Shown here: one piece after another, positions 1 through 10,739 of the stretch
How the letters are laid out: every line of letters begins with the position of its first letter
How positions within the stretch are numbered: position 1 is the stretch's first letter
From: an uncultured delta proteobacterium
Lineage (GTDB): Bacteria > Desulfobacterota > Syntrophia > Syntrophales > UBA2185
Reading direction: 5' to 3'
NCBI GenBank assembly: GCA_963729715.1
Contig: CAVSPA010000004.1
Coordinates: 256,001 to 320,000 of the forward strand
DNA: 64,000 nt
Notes under the pieces: model-generated
Database searches by the model: none
What the model was told of the DNA's origin: nothing
Seen by the model: only the letters and a program-made list of their open reading frames with translations
Made by a program: the position numbers and the translations under genes

Positions 1-2
1 AG

Positions 3-443
<441 letters not shown>

Positions 444-602
444 GTAACAGACGGCATAGTATTAACTGCATATCACGCGGTGTATGTAACGCATTTTCAT
501 ATACGTCTCATCTTCCAGAGGTCTCTTGTCTCGCTTGCGGAGTCTTTTGCTAGTCATCCTACTTTTCCTGCTATTTCAATTTATCAAAGGGGTAAACGTT
601 AA

Positions 603-3600
603 ATGAAACCTGTCAATTTCGTCCATCTGCACGTTCATACACAGTACAGCCTGCTCGATGGAACTATTCGTCTCGACAATCTTTTCAAAAAAGCAAAGGA
701 ATACCAGATGCAGGCAGTAGCCATGACGGATCATGGCAATATTTTTGGCGCCATTGACTTTTATCAGCATGCGCAGAAGTACGGCATTAAGCCGATTATC
801 GGCTGCGAGCTATACGTTGCCCCCAAGAGCCGCTTCGATAAGAGTACACAAGCCACGGGGGAGGGCTTCCACCATTTGGTCGTTCTGGTTAAAAACGCGC
901 AGGGGTACAAAAATCTGATGAGGCTTGTTACAGCAGCCTACCTGGAGGGATTCTACTATCGACCGCGCGTAGACAAGGAACTCCTCGCAAAATATAGCGA
1001 AGGCCTTATCGGACTTAGCGCATGTCTCCACGGAGAGATAGCGAGCCTGCTGCTTAAGAGGAATAAGGAAGCGGCAATGGGGGTTGCTAGTGACTACAGG
1101 AAAATATTTGGCGGCGGCAATTTCTATCTCGAGGTCATGGAGAACGGTCTTCCTGAACAAAAGATTGTAAATAGTGGTCTTATTGAAGTGAGTCGGGAAC
1201 TTTCGATTCCCCTTGTGGCGACTAATGACTGCCACTATATCGATCGGGAAGATGCTGAAGCACACGAAGTCCTCCTATGTATACAGACGGGTAAGACCAT
1301 GGATGATACTGACCGGATGAAATTCAAGACAGACCAGTTTTACTTCCGCTCACCTGAAGCCATGACGCGCCTATTTCAGGACATTCCGGAGTCCGTTAAC
1401 AATACCGCAGTCATTGCGGAGAAATGTAATTTGACTTTTGATTTTGGCAATATTTATCTGCCAAATTTTGAGGTCGGTACGAATGAATCGCTTGATGAAC
1501 ATTTGTCAGGGCTCGCGAAAAAGGGATTGGATAAGTTGCTGCCCTTGATCATGAGGGGCGCAGAGGACAAGGGTGTATGCGAACAATACGAGAAGCGTCT
1601 GCAGGAAGAACTGGAGATGATCAAGTCTATGGGATTCGCCGGATATTTTCTTATTGTGTCTGATTTTGTGAATTATGCAAAGCAAAGAAATATCCCTGTG
1701 GGTCCCGGCAGAGGTTCTGCCGCCGGAAGTCTCGTTGCCTACGCATTAGGTATTACCAATATAGATCCTATACGGTATGGACTTTTTTTTGAGAGGTTCT
1801 TAAATCCGGACCGCATAAGCATGCCTGATATAGATATAGATTTCTGTCAGGACGGCCGCGATGAGATCATCAAGTACGTGACAGATAAATATGGGAGCGA
1901 TAAAGTTGCGCAGATCATTACATTCGGCAAAATGCAGGCAAAGGCGGTCATTAGGGACGTGGGGAGGGCACTGAACATATCATACGGTGAAGTGGATAGC
2001 ATTGCAAAGTTGATCCCCAATATCCTGAACATTTCGCTCGACATGGCGATCCAGATGGAGCCACGGCTTCAGGAAGAGGAGAAAAGAAATGAGAAAGTGA
2101 GAAGGCTCCTGTCCCTGTCAAGAGCCCTCGAGGGTTTAAACCGACATTCATCCACCCATGCCGCGGGTGTTGTCATATCCGATGTGCCCCTTGTCGAGCG
2201 TGTGCCGCTATGCAAGAGCCCTAAGGATGAAATTGTGACGCAATACTCCATGATGGATCTTCAGGCAGTGGGGCTAACGAAATTTGATTTTCTGGGACTG
2301 AAGACCCTTACAGTCATCAAGAACACACTTAAGTTTATAAAGGAGGGTAGGGGGGAGGAAATTGATATCGATAAAATTCCGCTCCAGGATCAAAAAACTT
2401 ATCAATTGTTAATGAAGGGTAATGCGGACGGCATATTTCAGCTGGAAAGTGCCGGTATGAAGGATATCCTCGTAAATATGAAACCCGACTGCATCGAGGA
2501 AATCATCGCTTTGATTGCCCTGTATAGACCGGGGCCGATGAATATGGTTCCGGAATTCATTTCGCGCAAACAGGGTAAGACAAAGATTGTTTATGAAATC
2601 TCCGAGCTGAAGGAAATATTGAAAGAGACATATGGCGTTATCGTGTACCAGGAACAGGTAATGCAAATAGCTGGCGCTGTCGGCGGCTATACTATGGCTG
2701 AAGCTGATATACTGCGCAAGGTCATGAGCAAGAAAAAGACATCGGAGATGGAGAAGGAGAGACCTAAATTTCTCGAAGGTGCAAGGCGCAGAAATGTACC
2801 CGAAAAAAAAGCGAGAAAAATCTGGCAGCAGATGGAGACATTTGCAGAATACGGATTTAACAAGTCCCACAGCACCGCTTACGCCATGATATCCTACCAA
2901 ACCGCCTATCTGAAAGCTAATTTTCCCGTTGAATTTATGGCAGCCCTGCTCACAAGTGAAAAGGACAACAGGGACAAGATCATCAAGTACATAAACAGCT
3001 GCAAAGATATGGGTATAAATGTGCTTCCTCCCGATATCAATGAATCGCAGAGCGATTTCAGCGTTATCGGCGAACACATCCGCTTCGGTCTCGCTGCCGT
3101 CAAGAATGTGGGGTTAGGTGCGATTGAATCGATTATATCTGTAAGGAAAGAGGAGGGGAAATTTGCGACTTTTGACGATTTCTGCACACGCGTAGATCTC
3201 AGGAAAATCAACAAGAGGATGATCGAAAGCCTGATCAAATGTGGAGTGTTTGATTCGCTTGGCTATAGAAGAAGTCAGCTGATGAAATACTATGAAGGTA
3301 TCATCGATACGGCCCAGAGGCGCCAAAAGGAAAAGTCGAGTGGTCAGACCAGTTTCTTTGACCACATGGACGGCGAAAAGATTGCGCATCTCGATATCAT
3401 GCAAGAATGTGCGATTTGTGACATACCCGAATGGGATCACAAGGAATTACTCGCCCATGAGAAAGAGACCCTCGGATTCTATATCACAGGTCATCCGCTT
3501 CTTCGATTTTCCGAAAAACTCCATGCCGTGGCCAATGCCGACAGCTCGAGCATCAATGATAGGAAGGATCGCGACACGGTTGCCTTTGGCGGTGTAGTGA

Positions 3601-4088
3601 GCAATATTCGAGAGGTGACTACAAAGAAGAAAGAGGTCATGGCCTATATTACCATCGAGGATCTCAGAGGCTCTGTCACGGTGATATGCTTTGCAGATCT
3701 GTACAATAAGGCATTTGGGCTTGTGCACTCCGAAGAGCCCGTCGTAATTAAAGGAACCATAGATGCAGGCGAGGAGGGGATCAAAGTAATCGCTTCTGAA
3801 ATTATCCCTCTCGGCGATGCAGTCGAACAGCCTTATGATGTGGTGCACTTCACTGTTGATGTTTCAAGTACATCTGCGGCAGACATCGAGTCTTTGCATA
3901 AATTACTCACTAATCACAAGGGAAAGTGCGGCGGCTTTATGCGTATCGTCAATGGCAATAGCGAAGTTATTGTTTACCTGGGAAGAGATTTGCAGATCGA
4001 ACTGACCGATAAATTGAAGGGAGATGCAGACAGCCTTCTCGGTGCAGGGTCGACACGTTTCAGCTACAGGACTATTGAGACGGAATAA
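603..4088 (+). CDS. dnaE: DNA polymerase III alpha subunit
   Basis: PHP domain (HLHVHT..SLLDG, TDHG), GRGSAAGS, catalytic PDIDIDF, FNKSHS, C-terminal OB fold. Confidence 0.98.
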   Translation: MKPVNFVHLHVHTQYSLLDGTIRLDNLFKKAKEYQMQAVAMTDHGNIFGAIDFYQHAQKYGIKPIIGCELYVAPKSRFDKSTQATGEGFHHLVVLVKNAQGYKNLMRLVTAAYLEGFYYRPRVDKELLAKYSEGLIGLSACLHGEIASLLLKRNKEAAMGVASDYRKIFGGGNFYLEVMENGLPEQKIVNSGLIEVSRELSIPLVATNDCHYIDREDAEAHEVLLCIQTGKTMDDTDRMKFKTDQFYFRSPEAMTRLFQDIPESVNNTAVIAEKCNLTFDFGNIYLPNFEVGTNESLDEHLSGLAKKGLDKLLPLIMRGAEDKGVCEQYEKRLQEELEMIKSMGFAGYFLIVSDFVNYAKQRNIPVGPGRGSAAGSLVAYALGITNIDPIRYGLFFERFLNPDRISMPDIDIDFCQDGRDEIIKYVTDKYGSDKVAQIITFGKMQAKAVIRDVGRALNISYGEVDSIAKLIPNILNISLDMAIQMEPRLQEEEKRNEKVRRLLSLSRALEGLNRHSSTHAAGVVISDVPLVERVPLCKSPKDEIVTQYSMMDLQAVGLTKFDFLGLKTLTVIKNTLKFIKEGRGEEIDIDKIPLQDQKTYQLLMKGNADGIFQLESAGMKDILVNMKPDCIEEIIALIALYRPGPMNMVPEFISRKQGKTKIVYEISELKEILKETYGVIVYQEQVMQIAGAVGGYTMAEADILRKVMSKKKTSEMEKERPKFLEGARRRNVPEKKARKIWQQMETFAEYGFNKSHSTAYAMISYQTAYLKANFPVEFMAALLTSEKDNRDKIIKYINSCKDMGINVLPPDINESQSDFSVIGEHIRFGLAAVKNVGLGAIESIISVRKEEGKFATFDDFCTRVDLRKINKRMIESLIKCGVFDSLGYRRSQLMKYYEGIIDTAQRRQKEKSSGQTSFFDHMDGEKIAHLDIMQECAICDIPEWDHKELLAHEKETLGFYITGHPLLRFSEKLHAVANADSSSINDRKDRDTVAFGGVVSNIREVTTKKKEVMAYITIEDLRGSVTVICFADLYNKAFGLVHSEEPVVIKGTIDAGEEGIKVIASEIIPLGDAVEQPYDVVHFTVDVSSTSAADIESLHKLLTNHKGKCGGFMRIVNGNSEVIVYLGRDLQIELTDKLKGDADSLLGAGSTRFSYRTIETE

Positions 4089-4126
4089 ACGTAGCAACAA
4101 AACCTGCCATCCAGACATATCTCACC

Positions 4127-4846
4127 ATGAACTATCAAGAAAGGACCTACAGAAACCGCATATCGCGCAATAGCCTTACACAGTTCCGTCTCTGTGTACG
4201 TGAAACAGACCTTTTAATACACAGCGATACCGACCTTTCCCAGAAAGCCCTCGAATCTGTTTATGCCTATCGCGGATTCATCGAGTCCTATATTAAGACC
4301 CATCCGGACTTTCTGACTTCCCTAGCCCCCATACATGATAATGATGTCGCTCCCCCGATCATAAGGGACATGCTAAAGGCATCGCTTGCGGCTGATGTAG
4401 GCCCAATGGCCACTGTCGCCGGTGCCATTTCGGAATATGTGGCTAACGACCTCCTCAAGCTGACGCAGAATATTATCATCGAAAACGGGGGTGATATTTA
4501 TTTAAAAAGTCAGGAAGAGGTAAGGGTCGCGGTGTTCGCCGGCAATTCGCCCTTAACCTACAAGATCGGTCTATTATTAAAACCGGAGCAGATGCCCCTC
4601 GGCGTTTGCACCTCGTCTGGAACTGTGGGACACTCGCTCAGCTTTGGAAAAGCAGATGCAGTCTGTGTTCTCTCCAGATCGTCCACCATGGCTGATGCAG
4701 CCGCCACTGCCATCGGAAATATGGTGAAAGGCAAAAGAGATATTCGGACCGCCCTTGAAAAGGGTATCAAAATAGAGGGGGTCCTGGGCGTCTTGATCGT
4801 GATAGCGGAGCATTTTGGCGTCATCGGGGACGTTGAGTTGATTTAG
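4127..4846 (+). CDS. UPF0280 / ApbE-like family protein
   Basis: VGPMATVAGAI, ENGGDI, TSSGTVGHSLSFG, ADAAATA motifs. Confidence 0.85.
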   Translation: MNYQERTYRNRISRNSLTQFRLCVRETDLLIHSDTDLSQKALESVYAYRGFIESYIKTHPDFLTSLAPIHDNDVAPPIIRDMLKASLAADVGPMATVAGAISEYVANDLLKLTQNIIIENGGDIYLKSQEEVRVAVFAGNSPLTYKIGLLLKPEQMPLGVCTSSGTVGHSLSFGKADAVCVLSRSSTMADAAATAIGNMVKGKRDIRTALEKGIKIEGVLGVLIVIAEHFGVIGDVELI

Positions 4847-4956
4847 CAGAATAATGCAGATCAGAGTGGATTGCGCTGGAAGACTTCTAGATTGCGTGTT
4901 GAGCGAAGTTTACATAATATATCTTATAAGACGTATAATACAGATCACAGAGATCG

Positions 4957-5901
4957 CTAAAAGCCTTCCTCTGCCAGTTGCCTTACGAGCCCTATTTGTC
5001 TCTCCGTCAGCTTCTTCGGCACATCGACGATTATTTTCACATATTGGTCCCCCTTTCCCGAACCTTTCAATGGAGGTACTCCGAAGCCTTTCATTCTGAT
5101 CTTTGTATTGTTCTGCGTTCCCGGCGGTATCTTTATTCGCTTAACCGTGCCTTCTATTGTCGGAATGTCGATGCTCGTTCCGAGAACGGCCTGAGAGAAA
5201 TTGATTGTCTTGTCTATATAGATGTCGTTGCCGTCTCTAGCAAAAATTGGGTGCGTGAGAATGGTGATATTTATGTAGAGATCACCCGGAGGGCCTCCAT
5301 CAATTCCGGGGCCTCCCTTACCGGCTAACCTCAGTTTCTTTCCGGAATTTATGCCTGGCGGTATCTTGAAATTTATCTCCTCGACGCTATCATCTTTTTG
5401 CAGGGCTAATTTCTTCTCTGCACCTAATACTGATTCTTCTAATGTTATTGACAAGTTATATTCGAAATCCTGTCCTTTCTGCGGGGCCCTGGAGAATCTC
5501 TGCCGTTCCCCGTCGAAGATATCGGAAAACGAACCGCCCTGTCCAAAAGTGAAGCCCCCTGCCCTGTTTGCTCTGAAATTTCTGGGTCCGGCAGCGCCTG
5601 CATCGCCAAAGCCGAAACCTCGCAGGATATCATTAAGATCGAAGCCGCGAAAAATATCCTCCTGCGTATATCGCTGTCTGTATTGATCGGCAGAACCGAA
5701 AGTGTCATATTCTTCTTTCTTCTTGGGATCACTGAGGACGGCATAGGCCTCACTTATCTTCTTAAATTTCTCCTCGGCTGCTTTATTATTCGGGTTCTTG
5801 TCAGGATGCCACTTAAGAGCCAGTTTTCTGTAGGCTTTCTTTATGTCTTCGGTGGTAGCGTTTTTATCCAGACCTAACATTTTGTAATAGTCTTCGGCCA
5901 T
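4957..5901 (-). CDS. DnaJ-class co-chaperone lacking the zinc finger (CbpA-like)
   Basis: J domain with HPD, G/F-rich linker, DnaJ C-terminal domain, no CxxCxGxG repeats. Confidence 0.92.
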   Translation of the reverse strand: MAEDYYKMLGLDKNATTEDIKKAYRKLALKWHPDKNPNNKAAEEKFKKISEAYAVLSDPKKKEEYDTFGSADQYRQRYTQEDIFRGFDLNDILRGFGFGDAGAAGPRNFRANRAGGFTFGQGGSFSDIFDGERQRFSRAPQKGQDFEYNLSITLEESVLGAEKKLALQKDDSVEEINFKIPPGINSGKKLRLAGKGGPGIDGGPPGDLYINITILTHPIFARDGNDIYIDKTINFSQAVLGTSIDIPTIEGTVKRIKIPPGTQNNTKIRMKGFGVPPLKGSGKGDQYVKIIVDVPKKLTERQIGLVRQLAEEGF

Positions 5902-6141
5902 AACCTACCTTTCTGATTTCTATTGGAATATCCTGAGAGAAATGAGTAAATTTTACGCACCTTTCAGCCTATATAACTTACCCATTCGCTTCAAATTGTC
6001 AAGGACCGGCATTGAGCGCCAATGTCAAAAAAGTTCTGTAGTCTATGAGAGAGCCGGTGCAATTCCGCAGTTACAAAAAGCTCAGTCTATTACAAAGGCA
6101 CATGATAATTATGAAAAGCTATCATTAATAGAGCATTATAC

Positions 6142-7086
6142 CTAGAATTTAAGGTTGAACATCAGGTAATTTGAAGAGGCCTTAGGATCATGCTGAAGCG
6201 ATACGGAGCCCATCTCTTTCAGATGCTCTATGAAGTCTTCCCGTATTTTCTCATTATATTTGTGGGCACTACTTACAGCACTGTAGATGTTGCCAGTGTA
6301 CCAGCCGAGCTCGAAGAACGTTACGATCCCCCCCGCGACATAATTCTCGTGGCGAAAAAGCTCTATGGCGCCGAATATGAATGTGCCGTTCAAAAGAAAC
6401 GCGACCAGTGCATCTGTTGGTCTGTCTGTGTAAAGATGGCCGGCACCTGGAAGAATAGCTGCAAGGGTGCCTGCCGTGGCAGGCGATTTCTTGGGCAGTT
6501 CATCAATATGCAGAAGCTCTGACGCTATGATACTTGCGGATCCCGAGAGCCGGCTGTCCTTAGGCACAATGGAAAATGTTTCTCTGGCCTTCAGCCATTC
6601 CTGCATCTCCATGTGGACGATGGCGCTCTCGTAGACGGCCTTATCGGAAAATTCAATAGATTTTGATTTGATTACGTCCTGAAAGGTTGAAAGTGCATCC
6701 ATATATAACCTCAGCTGCTTTTCCGCTATGCCCTTTAAATACAGGGCCCCGGGTGTCATTGGGCTTGTGGGATATTTTTTGATGAAAGTAGTGAGAGCCT
6801 CGCGAGTTTCCTGCCATCTCTTTGCTCTGTAATAACTTTCCCCGATTCTGTATGCACATGTCTCGACCAGCTTATTTTCGGGAAAGAAATGGATAAATCG
6901 CTTATACTCGCCGATGGCCCTATAATAATCCCCTTCTGCAAGGAGTGCTTCCGCGAAGGAGAATTGAGTATCGGCATTAATGATATGGGTATCGGACGCC
7001 CCTGCCACGTGTATAGGAATTAAGACAGGCGTAATCACCATCGCACAGATAACCAGCCACGCATGTATGCAATCAGCAGATTTCAT
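6142..7086 (-). CDS. Exported TPR (BamD/YfiO-like) protein with C-terminal TM2-like hydrophobic segment
   Basis: Signal peptide, TPR-like repeats, KSPATAGTLAAILPGAGHLY motif. Confidence 0.7.
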   Translation of the reverse strand: MKSADCIHAWLVICAMVITPVLIPIHVAGASDTHIINADTQFSFAEALLAEGDYYRAIGEYKRFIHFFPENKLVETCAYRIGESYYRAKRWQETREALTTFIKKYPTSPMTPGALYLKGIAEKQLRLYMDALSTFQDVIKSKSIEFSDKAVYESAIVHMEMQEWLKARETFSIVPKDSRLSGSASIIASELLHIDELPKKSPATAGTLAAILPGAGHLYTDRPTDALVAFLLNGTFIFGAIELFRHENYVAGGIVTFFELGWYTGNIYSAVSSAHKYNEKIREDFIEHLKEMGSVSLQHDPKASSNYLMFNLKF

Positions 7087-7176
7087 GAAAAATCGATTTA
7101 TAGACTCCTATCTTAATAGGAATGGTAGAATGAAGCATTGAAAACCACGGAAATGAGAATTTCAGGCCTTCCTCTC

Positions 7177-7782
7177 TTACGCTATTCGTCCCATATGAAA
7201 GGCTTTGAGGTTTACTTCGATGGCTTTCTTGGGAAAGGATCTGCGGATGACCTTCTCCCAAAGCGAAATATCAAACTGGGGCAGATAGGATGACAAAACT
7301 CCCAAGAGGGCAGTATTCTCTGTTCTTACGTCTCCCACTTTTAGAGCCATATTATTGGCATTAACAACTTTCACAATCTTGAAGATATTCCTTACTATGT
7401 CAATCACGTTGTCAGGATAAGTGGCGTTACCGAGGTTTACGGAGGGGGGATAGATCTCCCTTTCGCTAATAATTATACGGCCTCCCGGCTTCAGAAAATC
7501 AAGATAACGGAGCGTTTCCAATTTTTCAAATGAGACGAGGATATCGACGTCTCCTCTTCTTGCAATGGGAGAGTAGACCTTGTTGCCGTATCGCACATGG
7601 CTGGTTACACATCCGCCCCGCTGAGCCATCCCGTGGACCTCGCTTTTCTTGACATCCAGGCCGGCTTCCATCACCACGTGACATAAGATATCGCTTGCGC
7701 GGAGTATTCCCTGGCCGCCTACTCCGGCGAAAAGGATACTCCTGACATCACCGTCGATTTTCATAAAATCATATGACCTCAA
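7177..7782 (-). CDS. iorB: Indolepyruvate:ferredoxin oxidoreductase beta subunit
   Basis: GVGGQG, SEVHGMAQRGGCV; follows iorA. Confidence 0.95.
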   Translation of the reverse strand: MRSYDFMKIDGDVRSILFAGVGGQGILRASDILCHVVMEAGLDVKKSEVHGMAQRGGCVTSHVRYGNKVYSPIARRGDVDILVSFEKLETLRYLDFLKPGGRIIISEREIYPPSVNLGNATYPDNVIDIVRNIFKIVKVVNANNMALKVGDVRTENTALLGVLSSYLPQFDISLWEKVIRRSFPKKAIEVNLKAFHMGRIA

Positions 7783-9562
7783 TCACGGCACCGGCATTGC
7801 ATACCTGCTCGCATAGCGTGCAGCCTGTGCAAAGCTCACTATCAATGGATGCTACACCTTCCTGTTTCTTTGCATTCCTCTTGACTGTCTCACTTGGCAT
7901 ATCCTCGAATTTTATCCATGAGATTGCCGGACACCCAAGACCAATACAGGCCTTGCAACCGACACACTTATCCGTATCAACTTCGAATGTTTTTCGAACA
8001 CCTTTCATTTCTCTCTTGAACAACACGCAGGCTCTTTGCGATATTACGACGGAAGCACCCGGCCTTGCCAATTCTTCCTTTAGCACCTTCCGCGTCATCT
8101 TAATATCGTAAGGATCTATTACACGCACGCTGCCTATCCCCACCGCAGAGGCCAGCTTCTTAAAATCAAGCGCCTTTGTTTTTTCCCCCTGCAGGGTATA
8201 GCCGGTAGCCGGATGGTCCTGCATGCCCGTCATGGCTGTTGTTCTGTTATCGCAAATGACAATGACTGCGTCGCTCTTATTATAGGCCATATTCAAGAGC
8301 GGTGTGATGCCGGAATGAATGAATGTGGAATCCCCGATAACACCGACAACCTTTCCTTTACCTTTATCCTTTAATGCCTTGCTCATGCCATGCGCCATGC
8401 CGATACTCGCACCCATGCAGATACATGCATGAAGGCCTTCGAGAGGCTTCATGAAAGATAAAGTGTAACAGCCTATGTCACCTGCGACAAAGGTCTTTAG
8501 TTTTCCCAGCACATAGAATAATCCCCTGTGGGGACAGCCAGGACAGAGATTTGGCGGTCTCGGCGGGATCGTCACTTCCGCCATGATTGACTTGGAAATC
8601 TTTTTACGTTTAATGGCCGTATGAATCACGCCGGGATCAAATTCATTTGTGTAGGGAAAGATGTCTTTCCCTATCACCTTGACACCCATTGCCTTGACCT
8701 GCTCCTCAATAAATGGGTCGAGTTCTTCAATCACATAGATTTTTCTCACCTTCGAGGCAAATTGACGGATGAGGCCGGAAGGGAGCGGATAAACCATACC
8801 GAGTTTCAAATACGAGAAATCGGGAAAGGCATCTTTTGCGTAATTATAAGGCATACCGGCCGTAATAATGCCGATTTCAGGATCATTCAATTCTATCTTG
8901 TTTCCGGGAAAAGTTTCAGCAAATTCTCTGAGCCTATGAAGTCTATTTTCCACCTCTATCCTTCTGACACGGGCATATGCAGGGACCATGACATATTTTG
9001 CGGCATTGATTTGTATTGCCGTGCAATCCCTGGCACTTGACAGGTCACCCAAAGATACGACGGATTTTGAATGGGAAACACGTGTAGTTGTCCGGAAGAA
9101 AACGGGTGTATCAAATCTTTCACTCAAATCGAAAGCAATCCTGATGTAATCCTTGGCCTCCTGACTATCCGCAGGCTCAATCATAGGTATCTTTGCAAAT
9201 TTGGCATAATTTCGGTTATCCTGTTCATTTTCGGAACTGTGCAGCGAAGGGTCATCAGCAGTAATGATGACAAGCGCTCCGTTAGTTCCCGTATAGCTCA
9301 GTGTGAACAGCGGGTCCGCGGCGACATTGACGCCGACATGCTTCATGACAACCATGGCCTTTGCGCCGGCCAATGCAGCCCCTATACCTACTTCCAGAGC
9401 CACCTTTTCATTGGGAGACCATTCGGCATAAACGCCGTCGTACTTTGCAAAGTTCTCGACAATCTCAGTGCTCGGTGTTCCCGGATAACCAGCTACGAAA
9501 CGGACTCCGTGTTCGAAGGCGCCTCTTGCAATACTCTCATTTCCTGACATCAATACTTTCAT
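7769..9562 (-). CDS. iorA: Indolepyruvate:ferredoxin oxidoreductase alpha subunit
   Basis: MSGNESIARG, GYPGTPS, RPPNLCPGCPH, GDIGCY, TPP motif GDSTF..DN, C-terminal 2x[4Fe-4S]; start placed at MKVLM. Confidence 0.96.
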   Translation of the reverse strand: MKVLMSGNESIARGAFEHGVRFVAGYPGTPSTEIVENFAKYDGVYAEWSPNEKVALEVGIGAALAGAKAMVVMKHVGVNVAADPLFTLSYTGTNGALVIITADDPSLHSSENEQDNRNYAKFAKIPMIEPADSQEAKDYIRIAFDLSERFDTPVFFRTTTRVSHSKSVVSLGDLSSARDCTAIQINAAKYVMVPAYARVRRIEVENRLHRLREFAETFPGNKIELNDPEIGIITAGMPYNYAKDAFPDFSYLKLGMVYPLPSGLIRQFASKVRKIYVIEELDPFIEEQVKAMGVKVIGKDIFPYTNEFDPGVIHTAIKRKKISKSIMAEVTIPPRPPNLCPGCPHRGLFYVLGKLKTFVAGDIGCYTLSFMKPLEGLHACICMGASIGMAHGMSKALKDKGKGKVVGVIGDSTFIHSGITPLLNMAYNKSDAVIVICDNRTTAMTGMQDHPATGYTLQGEKTKALDFKKLASAVGIGSVRVIDPYDIKMTRKVLKEELARPGASVVISQRACVLFKREMKGVRKTFEVDTDKCVGCKACIGLGCPAISWIKFEDMPSETVKRNAKKQEGVASIDSELCTGCTLCEQVCNAGAVIEVI

Positions 9563-9626
9563 AGACACTGTTTGTCCCTGTAGCACAAAATAGAAAAGAT
9601 CACCTCAAATAATTGTGAGCTTATCT

Positions 9627-10310
9627 TCAGTTGATCGTTGATATTATCCTTTTTAAGAGAAGTTCCATGGAGGGATCGGCAGTGTTGTTTAGAGCTTTTT
9701 GATAGTACTCTAAGGCTTTATCTTTGTTATTCATCTCTTCGTATACCCGTGCCATGTTTCTGTAGGTCATCCCTTCAAAGCCGCCACCTGATTTTGCATT
9801 TGCCGCTTTCTCGAATGACTCCAGGGCATGCGGGAGGTCCACCTTTTTTTCGTAACAGTAACCTATGCTATTGTATGCAAGAATTTTCAGGTCGTTTCCA
9901 TCCGGAACTTCCTTGAGAAATTCCGTATATGCATTTATCGAGGCATCCATGTCTCCGAGGTTGTAGTGCATATTTCCCATTTGATAATATGACATCATGG
10001 CAGCCTTTGATCCGGGATATTGAGTTATGACGTCATTATACATTTTTATGCTATTTTGATCAGATGTAACTCCCTGACGGGCAGCTTTCATGCTGGTAAT
10101 ATTGGCTATCGCGTAAAGCCGCTGGCCTTTCTCCTCATAGTTCATCCTGTATAAGTACCAGCCGGAAAATATTATGATAATTGAGATTGCAATTCCCGAT
10201 GCCAGGTAGATCTTCGATCTATTTGCCGATATGTAGGCACTGGCCGTACTTAACGCGACCTGGAAGGAATCGGGTTGTTCAATTTCCTTTTTTGTGATTT
10301 TTTTTGCCAT
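9627..10310 (-). CDS. Membrane-anchored TPR protein (YfgM-like)
   Basis: N-terminal KKEIEQPDSF, one TM helix, TPR repeats. Confidence 0.75.
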   Translation of the reverse strand: MAKKITKKEIEQPDSFQVALSTASAYISANRSKIYLASGIAISIIIIFSGWYLYRMNYEEKGQRLYAIANITSMKAARQGVTSDQNSIKMYNDVITQYPGSKAAMMSYYQMGNMHYNLGDMDASINAYTEFLKEVPDGNDLKILAYNSIGYCYEKKVDLPHALESFEKAANAKSGGGFEGMTYRNMARVYEEMNNKDKALEYYQKALNNTADPSMELLLKRIISTIN

Positions 10311-10322
10311 ATAAATTTCCTA

Positions 10323-10739
10323 TCAAAATTTTATTTGTATTTGCTCGTTGACTTTTTCAAGGATGAAGGCTGGAATCCTCACTATCTTGCCCAGCCTGCT
10401 TGTGCAGGCATGCACCGTATAACCTTCAACAAGGGCTTTTCCCCTGTCTTCATCCCAGATCGTATAGACAAATTTCATGCTCGCCCTTTTGATATATTCC
10501 AATTCAGTTTCGACCACGATTACCTGGTCATATTTGGCTGGAAAACGGTAGTTGCAATACGCCTCCGTCAAAGGCAGATTATAACCCTGTGTTTCCATCT
10601 CAGCATATACTATGCCCACACTTCTGAGAAGTTCCGTCCGCCCAATTTCGAACCATTTGATATAATTCGTGTGATAGACGATGCCCATGGCATCGGTATC
10701 AGCGTAAATGACACGTATGCTAATTTGATTTCTCTTCAA
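10323..10739 (-). CDS. YbgC/FadM-family acyl-CoA thioesterase
   Basis: RVIYADTDAMGIVYHTNYIKWFEIGR hot-dog fold motif. Confidence 0.92.
   Translation of the reverse strand: MKRNQISIRVIYADTDAMGIVYHTNYIKWFEIGRTELLRSVGIVYAEMETQGYNLPLTEAYCNYRFPAKYDQVIVVETELEYIKRASMKFVYTIWDEDRGKALVEGYTVHACTSRLGKIVRIPAFILEKVNEQIQIKF

Noticed and set aside
444..602. guaA absent after guaB
   Set aside because: Gene-order variation only; no remnant or structure visible.
5902..6141. CIRCE element before the J-domain gene
   Set aside because: TTAGCACTC-N9-GAGTGCTAA is not present.
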